DNA of 64,000 nucleotides from Stylophora pistillata (Eukaryota): NCBI RefSeq assembly GCF_002571385.2, contig NW_019217826.1, positions 81,172 to 145,171 of the forward strand, read 5' to 3'. Shown piece by piece: positions 50,772 to 63,065 of this stretch (position 1 is its first letter; each line of letters starts with the position of its first letter). The notes under the pieces were generated by a model. It saw only the letters and a program-made list of their open reading frames with translations, ran no database searches and was not told where the DNA came from. The position numbers and the translations under genes were made by a program.

Positions 50772-52287
50772 GATTTTTTTTCAGGTCTGATTTTCGCTAT
50801 TGCTTAAATAGCACTATCTACTGCAAGGATCGTGCATATGTACAAAGATTTAAGTTGGAGCTGTTTACATTATACATTTCTCAATCTGTCAAAGGTGTGA
50901 TTCATTTTGCAGCTTACTGAAAATTAGAAGTCATGCTCATTCACACTAAGGAAAAATTAATTACCATAAAATATCAAAGGTCATCAGCTTATCAATAACA
51001 TTAGTGGAGATCAATTACTTAGTTCATCATGCTTCTTTCAATATTTACCCTTTCTGCATTTCAGAATACCAAATTTTCAAATAACTCTTGTGCAGAAGAT
51101 TCGTCTCTTCCATGGGAAAGATTTCCATATAACAAAGGTAATCTGTTGTTTTGCCTCTGCTTTCTTTTATCCAAGAATTGTATACATAATGAAGTATGGG
51201 GTTATATGGAAATCTTGCCCTTGCATGTACGGCTTTGATAAAACTAAAGGTTTCGCTCTGAGCAAATTTAAAACTGTGGACATACCAGTGTTCGGGCCTT
51301 AGGCGTATATATTTCCACGTGAGTCACTTCCAATTAAAAAATGCCGGAAGTAAAAAAAAGTCACGTGGGTGACCAATTTTGACGAAAATAATAGCATTGT
51401 TTGATTTGTGTCCATCTCCAAATAACGAGAAATATATCAAGAAAGTACAGGACAAAAAACATGGACAAAATGGGGTCGAAAACAGTGGACAGAAACAGCT
51501 GTAATTCATCACAGTTTTATCCCTTCGCGTAAAACAGCTGAATTTCACGCAATCTTTTAACAGCAGGAAAAACTATACAACAAAAGCTCAAAGGAATCTT
51601 CTAATGATTCATTTTGAAGTAAAGAGTTTCCTGATAAAAGTGCAACTGTACTGACATCAAAAAATGCAATAAACAATCATAGCCATTACGTCAGGCAATC
51701 GTGCATGAGTAAAACTCGAAATAATTTGCTCCACTTACTTCGCGATCAATATGAGATCTATGTGCTAACTGCTTCTAACAACGCGTATTATGACCTTACA
51801 ATCAAATGAAGTAAGGACTTTCCTCTTAAAAATGTCCAATACAGCAATACACGAGAGAAAACAGCCACAGCTAGGCACGAAATAGAAAGGGTTCTGCACT
51901 GGTTTCGGTCCGCTTGGACATAGCTAAATTTCCATGACGTAAATGAACGAACGCTACCTTCAAAAATCTTGTAAAACAATAACAACCCTTCCTCCAAGAG
52001 GGGACAAAGAAACCTTTTTCTAAAATTAAGCAAGTAGATGGAATGGTTATCAAGTTACCTGAGTTTTCTGGTCGGCACAGTTAGATGTCAGTAGCCATGT
52101 AACAGAGTCCGTAATCCGCCATGCTTGCCTAACGAAGTTGATTCGGGGTATGGTGAGTACCAATAGTCTATTCGCCTGTGGAGGAGTCCTGTAGGTAGCT
52201 TTGTTCATGCGTGGAAGTACATGCGTTGTATCCGATTTCACAATTCGACTGATCCGAACATTTCTGCTAGGTTTTCGGAACCAGCAC

Positions 52288-52380
52288 TCATTTACATGTC
52301 ACTGAATAAGAATAGCCTCTATTGTGTTATGCTTCGTTCTTCACAATAGAGGCTATTCTTATTCAATGACATGTAAATGA
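52288..52380. other. Near-perfect 39-bp-stem hairpin
   Basis: TCATTTACATGTCACTGAATAAGAATAGCCTCTATTGTG / CACAATAGAGGCTATTCTTATTCAATGACATGTAAATGA, one mismatch, 15-nt loop. Confidence 0.85.
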
Positions 52381-53543
52381 CTGGCGGGGTCTTCTGCAGT
52401 TGCTCCTATATAAAAGTTCTGGAGCTATGGGATCTCCAAAGAATGCAGGAATCTAAAAGAAGGCACATCTGTGAGAGTTGTATAAAGGAAGCTCCTAATT
52501 TAGATAATCATATGGTGCCCCGAGTCTATAATCGTCTCCCAAGCGAAGAATCATTATGATTCGGCGAAGAAGCCAAATAGTTCAAAGAATCCAATTATTT
52601 TTACGAACCTCATTCGCTCCGAATAGAGGAGATGACGGATTCACTTTTGGTAATGCCAAGCCTGCTATGTGATTGGTTTATTTCCAAAAAGGGGATCGAG
52701 CTTGTAAAATAAAAAATTTGCAGTTGTGAAAAAAGTTTCCAGGATTGATTGGATTTTACCTATGCTCGATGGGTTGTTCAAAATACTCACAAAACTAAAA
52801 CCATTAGTGACTTAAAATATAAGTAGCGTTTTCACACATTTGGGGCCATGGAGGTATCGAGCAGGGACAGTGGAGCCTATTTTCAACTGGGGAGGGGGGG
52901 GGGTTGAAAACGAGCATCGTGGGTGCCAGTTTGTATGGGGGTCTAGGGTCATCCACCCTAGAAAAGTTTTAAATTTAGAGGCTCGGACATGGTATTTTAA
53001 ACATTCTCCATGGGATATTTATCATCTTTTAGTTTCCGACGGGTTTTGTACAAGGTCATAGCTCTTTTAAAAATGCTTTCTTTTCTTTTTTCCTCTCTCT
53101 TTTATTCTTCAGACGTACCTCATACTAAAACAATATAAAAAGTAGTCCTCGCAAAAAGGGGTGGGACTAAAGCCCCCCAGCCCACCCAGCTCCGCCGACC
53201 TTATCGAGATCAGCATCAGAAGGTGTAACAATCCATTAACTTTTTTATTCCGAGCATGATTTAAGAGAGTGGAAATCGAATTGAATTTTTTTACATTTTT
53301 TAATAGATTAGAATAAATCAATGCAAAAACCTGCTGATCTTACTTGAAAAAAATAGGCCCCTTGGCATTGTTTACAAGACTTTAAGGGAAACATCGAATC
53401 TATTTGACTGTAAGTAAATGCAATCCAGTTCCTGAGCGCTATTCTTCCTGATGTGATATTCGAAAATGCAACACTCAAGTAGTGAATAAGTGTCGATTAT
53501 AAAACGCAATCTGCGACCATATGAAAGTCAGAATTATTCAGCA

Positions 53544-56500
53544 TCAGTAATTGACAAACCACTTTGTTCCAACTTTATCTGACGATTTACCACGATTCTC
53601 GTGCTTACCAACGGTCCAACGGGACATCTCTCTACGGCCTTTGGTGGAAACGATCGTGAACCACCAATACGCCCTTGGCTGGATCATCATTTCATTCGGA
53701 TTGGGCGCCGACTGCATGCTCACGTGGTTAAGAGTTTGAGCAGCCACATGGTTTCCATCTGGTGACACGGCCAGGTTCTGAGCCTTGAATGAATAGCCTT
53801 GCTTTCTGTCTCCCTGTACACAGCGAACATCTGTTCCAGTCCTGACAGCCTGGACCAGATGAGTACGACCTCCGCTTACGACATTACCAGATGGATCATT
53901 CGACAACACCTGCCTCCATGATCTGGTGTCGATGAACCACTTCACTTTAAGCTTATCAGTGGAATCGCCACGATGCCTGTGTTCTCCTACATTATACTTC
54001 GTGGATCGTACGGTTCCCGTGGTAGAGACCATCAGCCAGTACCAGTAGACATCATCTTGGAATCTAGCCGGCGATGCCTTACTCACATGTTTCAAAGCCT
54101 GTGCTGTCACATGACCATTTCGCACAGAAAGGTTGTCAGCTTCAGCTGTGTAATAATTCCAATGAGGAAGCTGAAAGCGGACACGATGGCCGGACAATAT
54201 AGCTGTTGTCAGTGTTTGGCGTGATCCAGAAAGAGGCTTCCCATTGGCATCGTGTTCAAAGATTTCCTTCCAGCAGCCATCAGCAAACCACTCTATCGCC
54301 ACGGTATCATTGGTGTGGCCTCGGTCTTGGTGGATTCCAACAGTCCAGCGTGACATGTCACGCGATCCACGAGTGGTCACCATTGAAAACCACCAATAGG
54401 CATTGCTTTGAAACCTGATGGAATTGCCGTGAATGCTACTGCTTATGCTGTCTAAGCTTTGCCCAGAAACGCCTTGAGAGGTAGTAGCCACATTCTGGAG
54501 TGGGAATGAATACCGTTTGTCGCTGACACAACGAACATCCTGACCCTTTTTAACGCTACTTACAAGTTCGTGTAAGCTACCTTGGACTCCATTGCCATTA
54601 GCCTGGTGAGAATATAATGGCTTTGGAAGAAGACCTGCCAACTGTACAAACCATTTGATGCTTCTTTTTACTCTGTTGGTTCCACGATGCCTATGCGAGC
54701 CCACGTTGTACCTGGTCATCTCCATGATACCATCGGTTGACACCATTACCCACCACCAGTAAGCATCAGTTTGAAACCATTCCCATGAGCCCTTGCTTAC
54801 GTGTTGTAGAAGCTGAGCAAACACATGGTCGCCATCCACGTGCACATTGTCGGGTTCGGTGCTGTAACTTGTTCCAATGACAACGCGCACACGTGCACCT
54901 GACAACACAGCAGATACAAGGGAGTATTTCCAGCCTTCTATTGCGTTTCCGTTAATATCATGCGAATAGGCCAGTTGCCATGGTAACGAACAAGACTTAC
55001 ATGGTTTGTCTAAAGGTGAAAAGAAATAATTAAAAAGACAAGTTGGCTACGTGGATCAAAGTCGTGGTTATAAGAGGCATGGGTGGGAGAAGGGTGAATC
55101 AAACCTAACCCCTCCCGATTTTTCATCCAAAAAGTTGTTGAAAAAGAAAGAAAAAACAGTGACAATTTCAGATAATCAGTGAGACAAAAGTGTAGAACCT
55201 AGCCAGACATGGTTCATCTGCATATATAGCCAAATAATGTTATACATTTCTAGTAAATATCTGTACATTTCGCGCGGTCAAATTAGAAAAAAAATATTTC
55301 AACAATCAGTTCCAAGAGAGCTTTCAAACACTTCAAATACAAATTGTAAAGCTGTCAGACTCACATAATTTTTTTTTTTTCGTGTAAGTTTCTATGCATT
55401 TGGAGAGGTGTCGGTGACGAGGGGGAAATCACCCCTCCCAAAAAAACCATCTGTTAGTGTGGCATTCCCATTTTAAGCGATTTCCTTTTGCGTTCCTAAT
55501 CACATTTTATACGTTTTGCACGCGCATTTTATTATTGTTTTTCGCGTTTTTCTACTCGCGTTGATTTATACTCTGTTAGATTTTTTCGTATAATTTTACT
55601 TTGTTTGATTTCATTTGCATAAAGCTTCTCGGTAGCATTAGAGCATCAAAGTTCTTTAGATCAAAGTCAATTATTTTACTGCCATCTACTCTTAGTTTTC
55701 CCTCTTTCGTGTCTCAAGATCATACAACGTTTGTGAGTGTTTTTTCCTTGTCCGATTGCTTTTTCTCTGTTGTTTACGTTTCTATTACTTCTGCTTGTAT
55801 TTTTCAATAACTAGTAATCATCTTGTTCGTTTAGCAACTGCGATCGGCGGTAATGTAATAAAGTTAAGGCCCGTTGAAAGCGATCTGGTTGGCCCCCCAG
55901 TTAGCTCAATTGGTTAGAGCGCCGGATTGTGTTGTGCGGGAGGTTGAGGGTTCAAGCCCCGGCCGGATCAATTACTCATTTAAAATAATTGAGGAGAATT
56001 TTCTACCTTTCTGTAATATCTAGAAATGGATAGAAATTTTAGTCTTCTCGGATAAGGACGAATAAACCATAGGCCCCGTCTCCTGCAGAGTTAGGGGTAG
56101 GAGACGTTAATTTCTCACCACGAGATTACANNNNNNNNNNNNNNNNNNNNNGATGATGATGATGATGATGATGTTATATCATCAAAACACTAAATATAAA
56201 ACAGAGAATAGAGGAAGGTTACCTTTATCTATCTTAATGTCATTAAAATTGATTTTCAATATAAAGGTTTCGAACAGCTTTATCAATGAAACACTTTTCT
56301 CAATAACTTAAATCAAGCCGAGATCGACCCGAGCAAATGTAAACCATCAATAACCGTATCCAGTAATTTGTCACGCCAGATTCATGCGTGCTACAGCGTA
56401 TCTTGGACTGGCGCCAGATCGTGGGACCCGGACGTGTTTCTAGAACCATTGAAACTTATAATTCCATGTGCTCCATCTTAAGGGAAAAAAACAGTTTAAG

Positions 56501-56947
56501 GAGGAAGTGGGCTCTCGATAATGGGAGAATACAATCTTTGTCAAAAGTTATGAATCCACCAACTCGAGAAAACAAATTTTACGTAATCCGCAAGGAACCT
56601 TCGAAACGCAGCACGCAAGACAACTGCTGATTGAATTATAACTCGAGCCTACGTTCTTTCACAAGAGTAGGAAGAACAAGTTAGCCTCACAAGAACCCTT
56701 TGTCACCCCCTTCTATCCATTTCAATCGAAATTTCACAGCTGTTTTTCAAATTTAAGATCATCTAGCCAACTGTAAATTTCCCAGCTCAGTTTTAATTCT
56801 ATTTTCTTTTTTATTGGTGTTGTTTTTTTTGTTTTTTTTTTTTCACATAAACAAAAACAAGTACTTACCTCGGTCGCCATGTAGTGGAACAAACCTCGAT
56901 GCACTAACAACTAAACTAACCAAAAGCAAAATGTAAATATTCGACAT
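53544..56947 (-). CDS. Uncharacterised secreted protein with four tandem ~115-aa Trp/Tyr-rich repeats. Exons 56947-56869 (or from ATG 56971) and 55009-53544; ~514 aa
   Basis: Exon 1 encodes signal-peptide-like MSNIYILLLVSLVVSASRF. Phase-1 GTAAGT donor and TTTAG acceptor join in frame with the 454-aa ORF. Repeat consensus W....HD.NG....G....L..AV..G..VR...Y....N.....V.AQ.L.HVS....FQ..AYWW..MV(S/T)T.G.....(Y/W).VG.H..RG.......KWF. Confidence 0.85.
55895..56110 (+). mobile_element. tRNA-derived SINE in the intron of the repeat-protein gene
   Basis: TAGCTCAATTGGTTAGAGCG (A box) ... GGTTCAAGCCCC (B box); body shared with 32750-33125. Confidence 0.65.
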
Positions 56948-57014
56948 AGTGAGAACTGACATGTTGTGCATGCTACAGCTACTTTCTTCACCTCGTCTAG
57001 TCGATCTAGCCAGC

Positions 57015-57021
57015 TTTTATA
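57015..57021 (-). promoter_or_regulatory. TATA box (TATAAAA) of the secreted repeat-protein gene
   Basis: TATAAAAG on the minus strand, ~45 bp upstream of the first in-frame ATG. Confidence 0.55.
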
Positions 57022-57779
57022 AGTACCGTGACGGAAGTGTTTATAAGCCGATCAACAAGTCACTTCCCCTTCCTGAGCGCTTGCAATTCCTTGTCATGTT
57101 TTTGTTGTTGTTAATAATGAGACTTGTCAAGTTTTCCCATAACTATGAAAATGAAAATCGCCTTGCGAAAACTTGTCAAGGAAAATTTGTTCATGTGTAA
57201 CCGCCTTTATTTACACTTTCGTACAACTTCGAATGTATGCAGGTCAGTGGGCGGTAGCAATAATACGTTCGCTACACTAAAACACGCTGAAATCTCTCTG
57301 AAACGGTCTCAAACGGTCTCAAACGCTTGGTCTATCCCAAAACCATAGCCGAACGAATCAGATAGGTTGTATTAAACTTTCAATATACCTATTATATGCC
57401 ATATCTGAAGAAAATCATGTGAACCCTCCGACGTTTACTCAATGCATGTCGTGACTATCCCTCCAAGACTATAGACACATACCACTACGTGCTTTCAAAC
57501 TAATCCACTTAGCTTTCTTCTAGGAAACAGGGTGACTAAGAGATTAACTGTTCCTCGTTTTCAGGTTCTAGACGTCGGCTTAACTTTCGTCACTTTTCCA
57601 CATCGTTTTCCCATGTGAGCCGGTGATCTCGATCGATCGATTGAAAAGTTTGCCAAAATTGAGGACATCTGTTTCGCTGCTACTATGATCTTGACATGAA
57701 GTTGATAATCAAGGACATTTCAATGCAAGTTGCCGTTAACTTAGTGGTGGGTTTCCATAGTGCCACGAGCAATATATCT

Positions 57780-58275
57780 TAACCTCTTAATTCTGAATAT
57801 GGTGTGCATATTCTCAATACTGTTCTCTATACATATCCTAAGATGCTGACAAGGAGAATTTGTTTAACAATCAAAACCTTCATCCTTTACACCCTAACGT
57901 CAGTATGCATATTCTCAATACTGTTCTCTGTACATTTCCTATGCTGACAAGGAGAATTTGTTTAACAATCAAACCCTTCGTCCTTTACACCCTAATATCA
58001 GTATGCGTATTCTCAATACTGTTCTCTATACATTTCCTAGGATGCTGACAAGGAGAATTTGTTTAACAATCAAAACCTTCATCCTCTACACCCTAATATC
58101 AGTATGCATATTCTCAATACTGTTCTCTATACATTTCCTAAGATGTTGACAAGGTGAATTTGTGTAACCGATTCAAGAGCTTCTTTAATTGGTGATCATT
58201 TCCTTTACGCTCGTGATCTTCAGGGGTGATTTGTAAGGAGAAATAAGATGGTAGTCACTCTTTTAAGGGTCAAAG
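57780..58275 (+). repeat. TTAA-MITE whose 5' ~99-bp segment is tandemly amplified about 4 times
   Basis: Unit 'cctttacaccctaa..cagtatgcatattctcaatactgttctctatacatttcctaagatgctgacaaggagaatttgtttaacaatcaaa' repeats, followed by the normal MITE 3' end. Confidence 0.85.
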
Positions 58276-59094
58276 CCCTAACTGCTGATAAAACTAGAAA
58301 AATATTATACATTTTCAGTGTCAACAACAATAACTTATTGAGATCTTTCCGTCAAAACCTCTTCCGCTAAATGGTAAGTTGTAAATTGTGCTTAGAGCGA
58401 TGCTGATGCCAAGGTTCTCCTTTCATGTTAAGTCGTAAATTGGGATGGGCTCTTTTTTTTCAGCTGAATCTCACTACAAAGAGCAGTGAATTCAGAATTT
58501 TTACCCTCGAATCATCAGTCGTTGCAAGTAATCTTATCTATGGCGATTATCATTGAGTTACCCTCAGTGGCAACAACAACTGTGGATAACAGATGGGCTG
58601 TAAATCTCCTTATTCTGATTAAAACTGGAAACCCATAATATGCACCAGTTGGTGAGATTGGGTTGGGTAAAATTGAGAACATTCCTTTATTTTCTCACTT
58701 CATTAAATTTTTCCTTGTGAAAATGGACTTGTTGTTTTAGTTAATCAATACCTTAAAGAAACATTTTTATCAGTCGCATGAACTTCAGGCCTTGAGTGCT
58801 CAGAGGTTGGATAATGCTCTCCAACTGGCCCTGTTTGCTGGAAGGGTGGACAAATGTTTATCCAGTGGATAGCGCAATTTGTCTGTTGGATAACGTTATC
58901 CGACCTATCTTTTGAATAGCAATTCAACAGCCGATAGATGACTCTTTCATGTGACAAAACGTGATAAAAAATATTGTTTTAAACTCAAGTATCCATAAAA
59001 TTCTAGTTACACTAAGTTCCCATGCAGCATATTTATCATACAAGGAATCACACAGAGAAGAATTCATATTTAATCTCTGGTCAGACGTTTTGTC

Positions 59095-62000
59095 TTAAAA
59101 CTTGACAACTTGATGTCCTTTTTTCTTTGGTGCTTTTAGTACTTTCAAGGGGGTACCTCCTGGATCCTCTAACTCAGAATCTGCACTATGATGCCCCTTT
59201 TCACTGTTTATGTATCCAGCATGTGAAGTGGTCTCTGAAAAAAGAAAATGAATGAACAAAATTTGAATACATATTTATCACTTTAAAATACTTTTTCATT
59301 TTGTGAGGTGAAGTATTTTAACTCCTTTTTCATGCCAAAGTCAATATCTCTTGAGGAGTAACACCACCTGAACAAAGTGAGTTCACAATGTAAGTTCATA
59401 TGTGAGAGAGAACAAAATTGGGAAACTCAATCATAAAAACTACAATATTCATTTAAGAAATAATTTGTTACCAGTGTTTGGTTTGTTTCTAGCTAGTTCA
59501 GGGCAGTCCCTCCGAAAATGTACCACTGATCCACAGATCTTGCACCCCCCACCTGACAGAAGAAATAAAGAAAAAAAAAACTTATGAGAAAAATGCTACT
59601 TATAGCAATAATAATCCATGTCAACAATCTGAACCAAAGACAATAACATTCCTTTGGTGAACTGTTAGGATACATTTCTCAAAATAAAAGGAATTTGCCT
59701 TTTGAGAATCTACAGTTTAGAACTGTGAAGTTAATTTTTCCAAATTCTGGTCTTGATACTAAAGAACTGGGTTTAGTACCCTTGATTAATAGGCATAAGC
59801 TTCACATTGTCTTGTTAACTAGAAAATGCATTTATGGCTCAATGCCACCTTATCTAAGAAATTATTTTCAATTGAAGGCCTGTGTACACACAGTTATTAC
59901 TAGACACTGTAACAACACTCGACAACAACAACAACAAACAACAAATTTTATTTAAGCTTAATAAGAAAATTACAAAGCTTGGGCCCACAAGTAGCAAGGG
60001 CTATTCAAGGCGGGCACAAGAGAGGAAAATAAAAAAAAGAAAAGAATTCTATAGAAAATGAATATTTATATGTATAATTATAATATATAGACGAACAATC
60101 CTAAAAGAAATCTAGTTTGCTGTGTGGCTTATAGGCAGAATGAAACAGGAGGGTAGACTGTAGTATATACTGGAAGTACACACAGGTATAATTTTGAGAA
60201 TTGTACTCTAATATCAGCAATTCATATTGCAAAAGTCAACCTAGAGGTTGCCAAGACATCTTTTCATTTTACAGGTGTGATGGAATATAGTAGTCTTCCT
60301 AGCCATGAGCTCACCATTAGGATAGAGTCCTTTTGGGTTGTCAGGACATGCTCTTGCTATATGACCTGTTTCTCCACAGATAAAACACTTTGCAAAAGGA
60401 AGATCTGTATCTAAAGGGAATAAAACATGAGAGATGAGATGTCAAAAAATATTTTCTTATAGCCTCATAGATTTCATGTGTACCTCTAGGGCAGAGAATA
60501 TCAGTTGCTTGTCCCAAATAATAAACAAAAAGTCCACAATGACTCACATGACCAAAATCACAAAATACACAGGAGTATTGCTATTTCTGTCAGATGGGAT
60601 GTTATTTTCTCAGTGCACATTTCTACCCCTTTCTACCATGGATGGAAAACAGCAATGTGAACCTGAGTTAACAAGAATGATCCTGACATGAGCTCAGGGC
60701 CCAGTTATTCGAAGGCCGCTTAGCACTAATCCAGGGTTAAATTTTAATCCAGGTTTCTATATTTCTCTGTTCAAAAGCCGTTTTGGGATAATTTTCCCAA
60801 TTCTTTTAAGAGAATTCAATCATCAAATTGTAGACAAATGGAATTAAACTGAATTTTCTTCTAAAGCTTTCAGATCTGAAATCAAATTTCACACTAACCC
60901 TAGGTTATCTTAACCCGTCTTTGAACAACTCGGCCCTGGATTAAAATTAACCCTAGGTTAGCACTAATCTGCCTTTGAACCACTGGAAAATAAATCAGGG
61001 CCATCTCCCAGTGCTCTAAAGGATCTTGACGGTAGCTACCATTACCATAACAAAACAATGACCTTCGCCAATGATTAGCAAGACCTCTTGTTCTAATCTC
61101 CAATACAACCCAAAAATGTGCAATCAACTCACTGTTTTGTTTACTCTTGCAATTCTTAGTAGTGTGCTGCGAGGATCCACATTTGTAACAGTTTCCAACA
61201 CCTACTTCTGAGTTCTGGGCCATAGGGCATTCTGCAACCAGGTGACCAGTTTGACGGCAATGAAAACATGTCTGTATGCATTTGATACAAAAGGGAAAAT
61301 TACTAATGGCTAAGTTGTACACCATATCTTTCACCACACACATACTGTTTACCCATGTTACATGTACCAGTTCAGAAAAAAACCTGACAATGTAAAGCTT
61401 AACTTTTTTTTTGAGCCAGATTTATGAATTGAGGAATAACTTTATAATCAGTCAATATCATCAACCAAGTAGAAATAATCCTAAAGAAGGATCACTGAAG
61501 AAGAAAATGACTGCTGTTTTAATGACCTCAACAAAATGTAATCATCACAGTCAAATATCAAGCGACAATATAAGAACTGTGATGACAGGTTCTGAAATTG
61601 AATTTTTTACCAGAAGCCAAGGGGTTATTACAAATTTATTTTAAGGTGCAAGAGAGTCCAATTCATAAATTTCAGGCTCAAAAAGAGTACAAAATAGCAA
61701 AGTTGTTAAGACTTTTTCTTTGCTTAAAAAATACTTCTACTCAAGAACAATCACCAACTGAGTGTATAAGAGTGCTACAAAAAATTGACGCACGTTTAAT
61801 TACTTGAGTGATAATTTACAAAAAGTGCATTGGTAAGTTTTCAAGTTATTCACCTCCTCTTTATTCATATACAGACTGTGCTCTTAGGAAAATTGTAGGT
61901 GTAGTGTTTGTGATTGTTTAGGTCTTCCCTTCCCATCCCCCCTTGTTTGTACATCAAAGCATGTGTTTTGGGATGTTGATGATTAAACAATGTGTTTGAT

Positions 62001-62896
62001 TCTTGCAATGATGCTGCTTACTCTTTGTGGTTAAATATGAATCATCCTGGGTTAAATCCGTTTAAATAAACTACTGTAACAAGCAAGGTGCTTTAAAGGT
62101 TCTTATTCAGGAAATCTGGGGTGCCCTGTTCTGCCAAGCCTTCACAAAAATGAAGTTTATAAACAAGTCTCCCAAACACAAAACTTGGTCACATGAGGCA
62201 CCCTGGGCTCTGCTAGACCACAGCTCTGACATAACCATCATTACCTTTCCTTTTGCTCTTCGCTTTCTTCTTGCTTCAAGCTTTTTATCATAACTTTCCT
62301 TCCTGCTTCCATTGGTGGGTATTTTTCTATTCAGCTTTTTAACGCCCTTCTGTAAAGAACCATTTGTTTGAAATTTCTTGTTTCTAATTTTTCCACTGAA
62401 GTCTCTTTCTGATTTCACTACTGGTTTTTTCTGTCTAAACTTTGCATCTTTCTTGCTAAACCCAGTTTTTTCATTTCCTTTTTTACCAACTTCTTCACTT
62501 TGAGCATTGGAGTTTACTGATTTCTTTGAGATCTTAGGCCCACTGATGTAGTTATCATCTCCTGTAAACGAAAGCTTTTTACTTCTTGACTTCTTGGCAA
62601 TCTTAGGCTCAGTGGCACCCTCATCACGATCAAAGTTCGGCTTTCGTTTCTCGCCAGCGAATTTAGCTTTCGTCCCAACTGTTTCAGAACTTTCTTTGCT
62701 TGTTTTAGTTGAGCTTTGGTTACCTAAGTTAGAGGGTAAGCAATTTTATGGATCGTTTCAAGTTCTAAAATCAAGTTGTCTCCACGTGCAAATCAAATGA
62801 AATAAACTACTGTTCCTTACCACCTGAGTTGACAAGTTCGTGCCAGGGTGTTGCGTCAAGACTTGTCTTCTTGGCAGGACGAGCAAAACGAGTCAT
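59095..62896 (-). CDS. ZCCHC9: Zinc finger CCHC domain-containing protein 9. Exons 62896-62821, 62723-62245, 61271-61133, 60410-60315, 59552-59472, 59234-59095
   Basis: N-terminus MTRFARP..ATPW, Lys-rich region, four CCHC knuckles (CFHCRQTGHLVAEC, CYKCGSSQHTTKNC, CFICGETGHIARACPDNPKGLYPNGGG, CKICGSVVHFRRDC) and C-terminal VVKF*. All introns are GT-AG and in phase. Confidence 0.9.
59695..60295 (+). mobile_element. Decayed LINE fragment split by a later insertion, in ZCCHC9 intron 4
   Basis: ..LTRKCIYGSMPPYLRNYFQL...HTVITRH.. resumes as ..HIAKVNLEVAKTSFHFTG.. after ~300 bp that begin with (CAA)n. Confidence 0.5.
60697..60937. mobile_element. MITE with GGGCC termini in ZCCHC9 intron 3
   Basis: AGGGCCCAGTTATTCGAAG ... 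CTTTGAACAACTCGGCCCT. Confidence 0.55.
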
Positions 62897-63065
62897 TTTT
62901 GTAGAGTAAAGTTACTTCAATCGAACTTTATCGAACTTCGTCCACCATGTTGAAATAAACCCAGCGCAGGATAGTACTATGCATTTCTATGTCGTAGGTA
63001 CGTCATGTATGGGGAATTATTATGTCCCCAACACATATTTGACAATTATTCGCCGAAGGCGAGGT

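Larger units (their letters stand above)
50154..50841 (+). mobile_element. tRNA-containing retro-like element: inverted 5' arm plus ~2.3 tandem 251-bp units, flanked by a 12-bp TSD
   Basis: 50156-50270 is the reverse complement of ~50278-50392; unit period is 251 bp. ACAAAGATTTAA occurs at 50142-50153 and 50842-50853. Confidence 0.8.

Noticed and set aside
56223-56477. Possible extra exon in the repeat-protein gene (AG acceptor and AAAG|GTAACC donor present)
   Set aside because: Stops occur in all frames tried, and exon 1 splices in frame directly to 55009. It could at most be a decayed or poison exon.
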